Assembly (NCBI RefSeq): GCF_963921235.1
Contig: NC_086121.1
Coordinates: forward strand, 23,932,001 to 23,996,000
DNA length: 64,000 bases
Source of the DNA: Mobula hypostoma
Taxonomy: Eukaryota
Direction: 5' to 3'
Part shown: positions 60,705-64,000 of the stretch, in pieces
Numbering within the stretch: position 1 is the first letter of the stretch
Layout: every line of letters starts with the position of its first letter
Notes under the pieces: generated by a model
Databases searched by the model: none
What the model was told of the DNA's origin: nothing
The model's input: only the letters and a program-made list of their open reading frames with translations
Made by a program: the position numbers and the translations under genes

Positions 60705-61730
60705 GACACAGCAAGTCAGGCAGCATCTGTGGAAATGAATCGGGCCAAGACCCTTCAGGACTGGAAAGGAAGGGGGGAGAGGCCAGAATAAGAAGGTGGG
60801 GGAGGGGAATGACGACAAACTAGAAAATGATAGGTGAAGCCAGGTGGGTGGGAAAGGTAAAGGGTTGGAGAAGAAGAAATCTGATAGGAGATGAGAGTGG
60901 ACCATGGGAGAAAGGGAAGAAGGAGGGGCACTATGGGGACATCATGGGCAGGTGAAGAGAAGGGATAAGAGGCCAGAGTGCGGAATTGAAGAAGAGAAAA
61001 GGGGGAGGAGAAAAAAAAATACTGAAAGCAGAAATCGCTGTACGTGCCATCAGGTTGGAGCCTACTGTTGTTGGCCGAATCATAGGTGGTGGCGAATTGG
61101 CATATAGGAGGGAGACTGAAAATCTGATAGTGGTGCCACAACAACCACCTTTCACTCATTGTCAACAAGACCAAGGAACTGATTATTGACCACAGGAGGA
61201 GGACACCAGAGGTCCATGAGCCAGTCCACATTGCGGGATCAGAGGTGGAGAGGATCAGCTATTTTAAATTCTTCAGTGTTATAATTTCAGAGGACTTGTT
61301 CTAGGCCTAGCACATAAGTGCAATTATGAAGAAAACACAGCAGTGCCTCTACTTTCTTAGAGACTTGTAAAGGTTCGACATGTCATCTAAAACTTCGATA
61401 AACTTCTAGAGATGTGCGGTGGAGATTATATTGAGTGGTTGCATCACAGCCTGGTAACACCAATACTCTTGAACGGAAAATCTTACAAAAAGTAGTAGAT
61501 GCAGCCCAGTTCATCATGGATAAAGCTCTGCACACCATCGAGCAAATGTATATGTAAGTGCTGTTGCAGGAAAGCAGCAACCATCATCAAGGACCCCTAC
61601 CATCTCGACTCTGCTCTCTTCTCGCTGCTGCCATCAAGAAGGTGGTACAGGAGCCTCAGGACCTACGCCACCAGGTTCAGGAACAGTTATTACCCCTCAA
61701 CCACCAGGCTCTCGAACCAGAGGGGATAAC
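60705..61730. mobile_element. PLE 3' fragment (minus strand) followed by a Rex1/Babar-type LINE 3' fragment (plus strand)
   Basis: pLTR and purine tract at 60705-61060. Then DKTKELIID-like sequence and RFRNSYYP at 61070-61730. Confidence 0.65.
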
Positions 61731-63500
61731 TTCACTCATTCCATTGTTGAACTGTTTGTTTATTTGAGATACAGTGTGGAATAGGCCCTTCCAACCCTTT
61801 GAGCCACGCTGACAAGCAGCCCCCCGGTTCACAGGACAATTCACAATACCCAGTTACCCTAACAACCAGTGTGTCTTTGTACTGTGGGAGGAAAGTGGAG
61901 CTACTGGAGGGCGTGTGGACTCCTTACAGATGATGTCGTAATTGAACTATGACATCTCCAGCTGTAGCGTCACGCTAACAACTACGGTATCGTGGTGCTC
62001 CCTTTTCTTTCTGTATCTGCACAGTTAGTTGTCTTTTGCACCTTGGGTGTGGTCTTTCATTGATTCAGTTGTGGTTTCTTTGTATTTACTGTGAATGCCT
62101 GCAAGAAAATGAATTGTGAAAGTGACATAATAAAATTACTTTTTTGCTATTTAATTGTTCTTTGCTTTAGAAATTCAGATTGTGGTGTAAACTTAACTGC
62201 AAAGCAGTGGGGAGATTTGGTTCTATTTAAAATGCTTAGTAATACTTACGGTTTATATATAGTTATGGTTGACCCCATTTCCTTCTTGGCAGGGTAACAA
62301 AAATTCTTTCATCCAGTGGGTCATAGGAATTGAGAGATCTTGTACATAACCTTTTGATCTTGCAAATTTTCTGGTAATACTGGTTAAGCTTGGGAAGTAT
62401 TGCTATGCTTTCTGTATGGTATTACAAAATGCAGAGCTTGTTACAATGAGGAATTCTATGTTGGCATTGCTGTAATGTGAACAGGATCCGTCACTGTTGT
62501 GATAGGTTTCATTTTTCTGTATAAGGGCCTTGTGTTGGCTGAGCATTTTGAATTGAGTAATGATGCTGGGACACAGGTACATCATGTTGTGTGTCACTTT
62601 TTTTTCTGGTGTGCCTCTTTCTGTAAGGCTTCACCAGTGCAGCTTCTACCTTTGCCTGAAAGAACTTGAGAAGTTTAGAGCATCACCCAAGAAGCTTCTG
62701 ACAACTTTACTGTATTACTTTACATAGTTTTTTAAGATATTGGATGTATTATGTGACACACACAGTAGATTAAACTGTTCAAGTTGCAGATAATAATCGT
62801 ATCCAAAACTAGATGAAGGCCACCTTTAAAATTTCATGGTCTTGTGATTTTTCTCAAATGGTTGAAGACACTTGGGTACTCCAAGGACGGACATGTTAGA
62901 TTATGGACGCTATCATGCGCTGATAAAGGTTTAAGAGAAATTTTGAGTCCTGTCAAGTTTCTAAGTGGAAAGCTTAGTAGTCTTGAGACATGAAGTGCAT
63001 AACCTTGAAGTGATATATTCTACATATAAATATGGACTTGTGTAATATGGGGAGGTAAGGACTTTTCCTAAACGTATTTTGATGTAGCTGATAAGAGTCC
63101 AAGACTGAAGAAGTAAGAGAGAAAAAGGTAAATTTGAAAGTAAATGTATTACCAAAGTATGCATATATGTCACCATATATAACCCTGAGATTAATTTTCT
63201 TATGGGCATACATAATAAATCTATAGAAAAATAACCATAACAGGGTCACTGAAAGTCTACCCAACCAGGGCGTTCAACCAGAATGCAGAAGACACCAAAC
63301 TGTGCAAATACAAAAAGAAGAAACAACAATAATAAGTAAATAAGTGATGAATATCAAGAACATGAGATGAAGGGTCCCTAAAAGTGAGTCTGCTGGTTGA
63401 GCCTTGACATCAGAGATCTCAGTGGTTCTAATATTACATTATGTTGCTATCATTGATAACGTTGTGTATTCTGTTCTTTAGTCTTTTGCACTTTGTCTAA

Positions 63501-63848
<348 letters not shown>

Positions 63849-64000
63849 TAGTAAAATTTTGGAGTAGGATAAAAATCTGGGAGTAAAATCAAGATGCCAT
63901 TTTGGACAAGATTATAATTTAAACACCACATAAGAGAAAAGAAATTTACCTTCATTTCTCAATTGGAGCTTGGAATTTCTATGAACAGGAAAAGTAATTT

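Overview
Vertebrate genomic DNA, very probably from a cartilaginous fish (ray/shark-type repeat families; this is inference). Five spliced genes can be read from splice signals and frame continuity. (1) CASP9 exons 1-3 on the minus strand, running off the left edge. (2) A complete 11-exon DDOST (447 aa). (3) A complete DDI2 (9 coding exons, 411 aa). (4) The RSC1A1-like terminal exon, ending in a UBA domain. (5) The 5' part of FBXO42. Introns and spacers hold Penelope-like elements (PLEs), Rex1/Babar and CR1 LINE fragments, tRNA-SINEs, a hAT MITE, a Tc1 relic and a solo LTR. Main finding: DDI2 exon 8 splices in frame onto the RSC1A1 exon, whose ORF has no early ATG. The 61-nt stop-carrying exon 9 could therefore switch between a 411-aa DDI2 and a 1051-aa UBL-HDD-RVP-UIM-linker-UBA protein resembling yeast Ddi1. 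Second finding: TSD-flanked foldback PLE units carry minimal, dimer-type hammerhead ribozyme motifs. Also noted: several long intronic hairpins and a 51-bp-periodic YY1-motif array at the CASP9 promoter.
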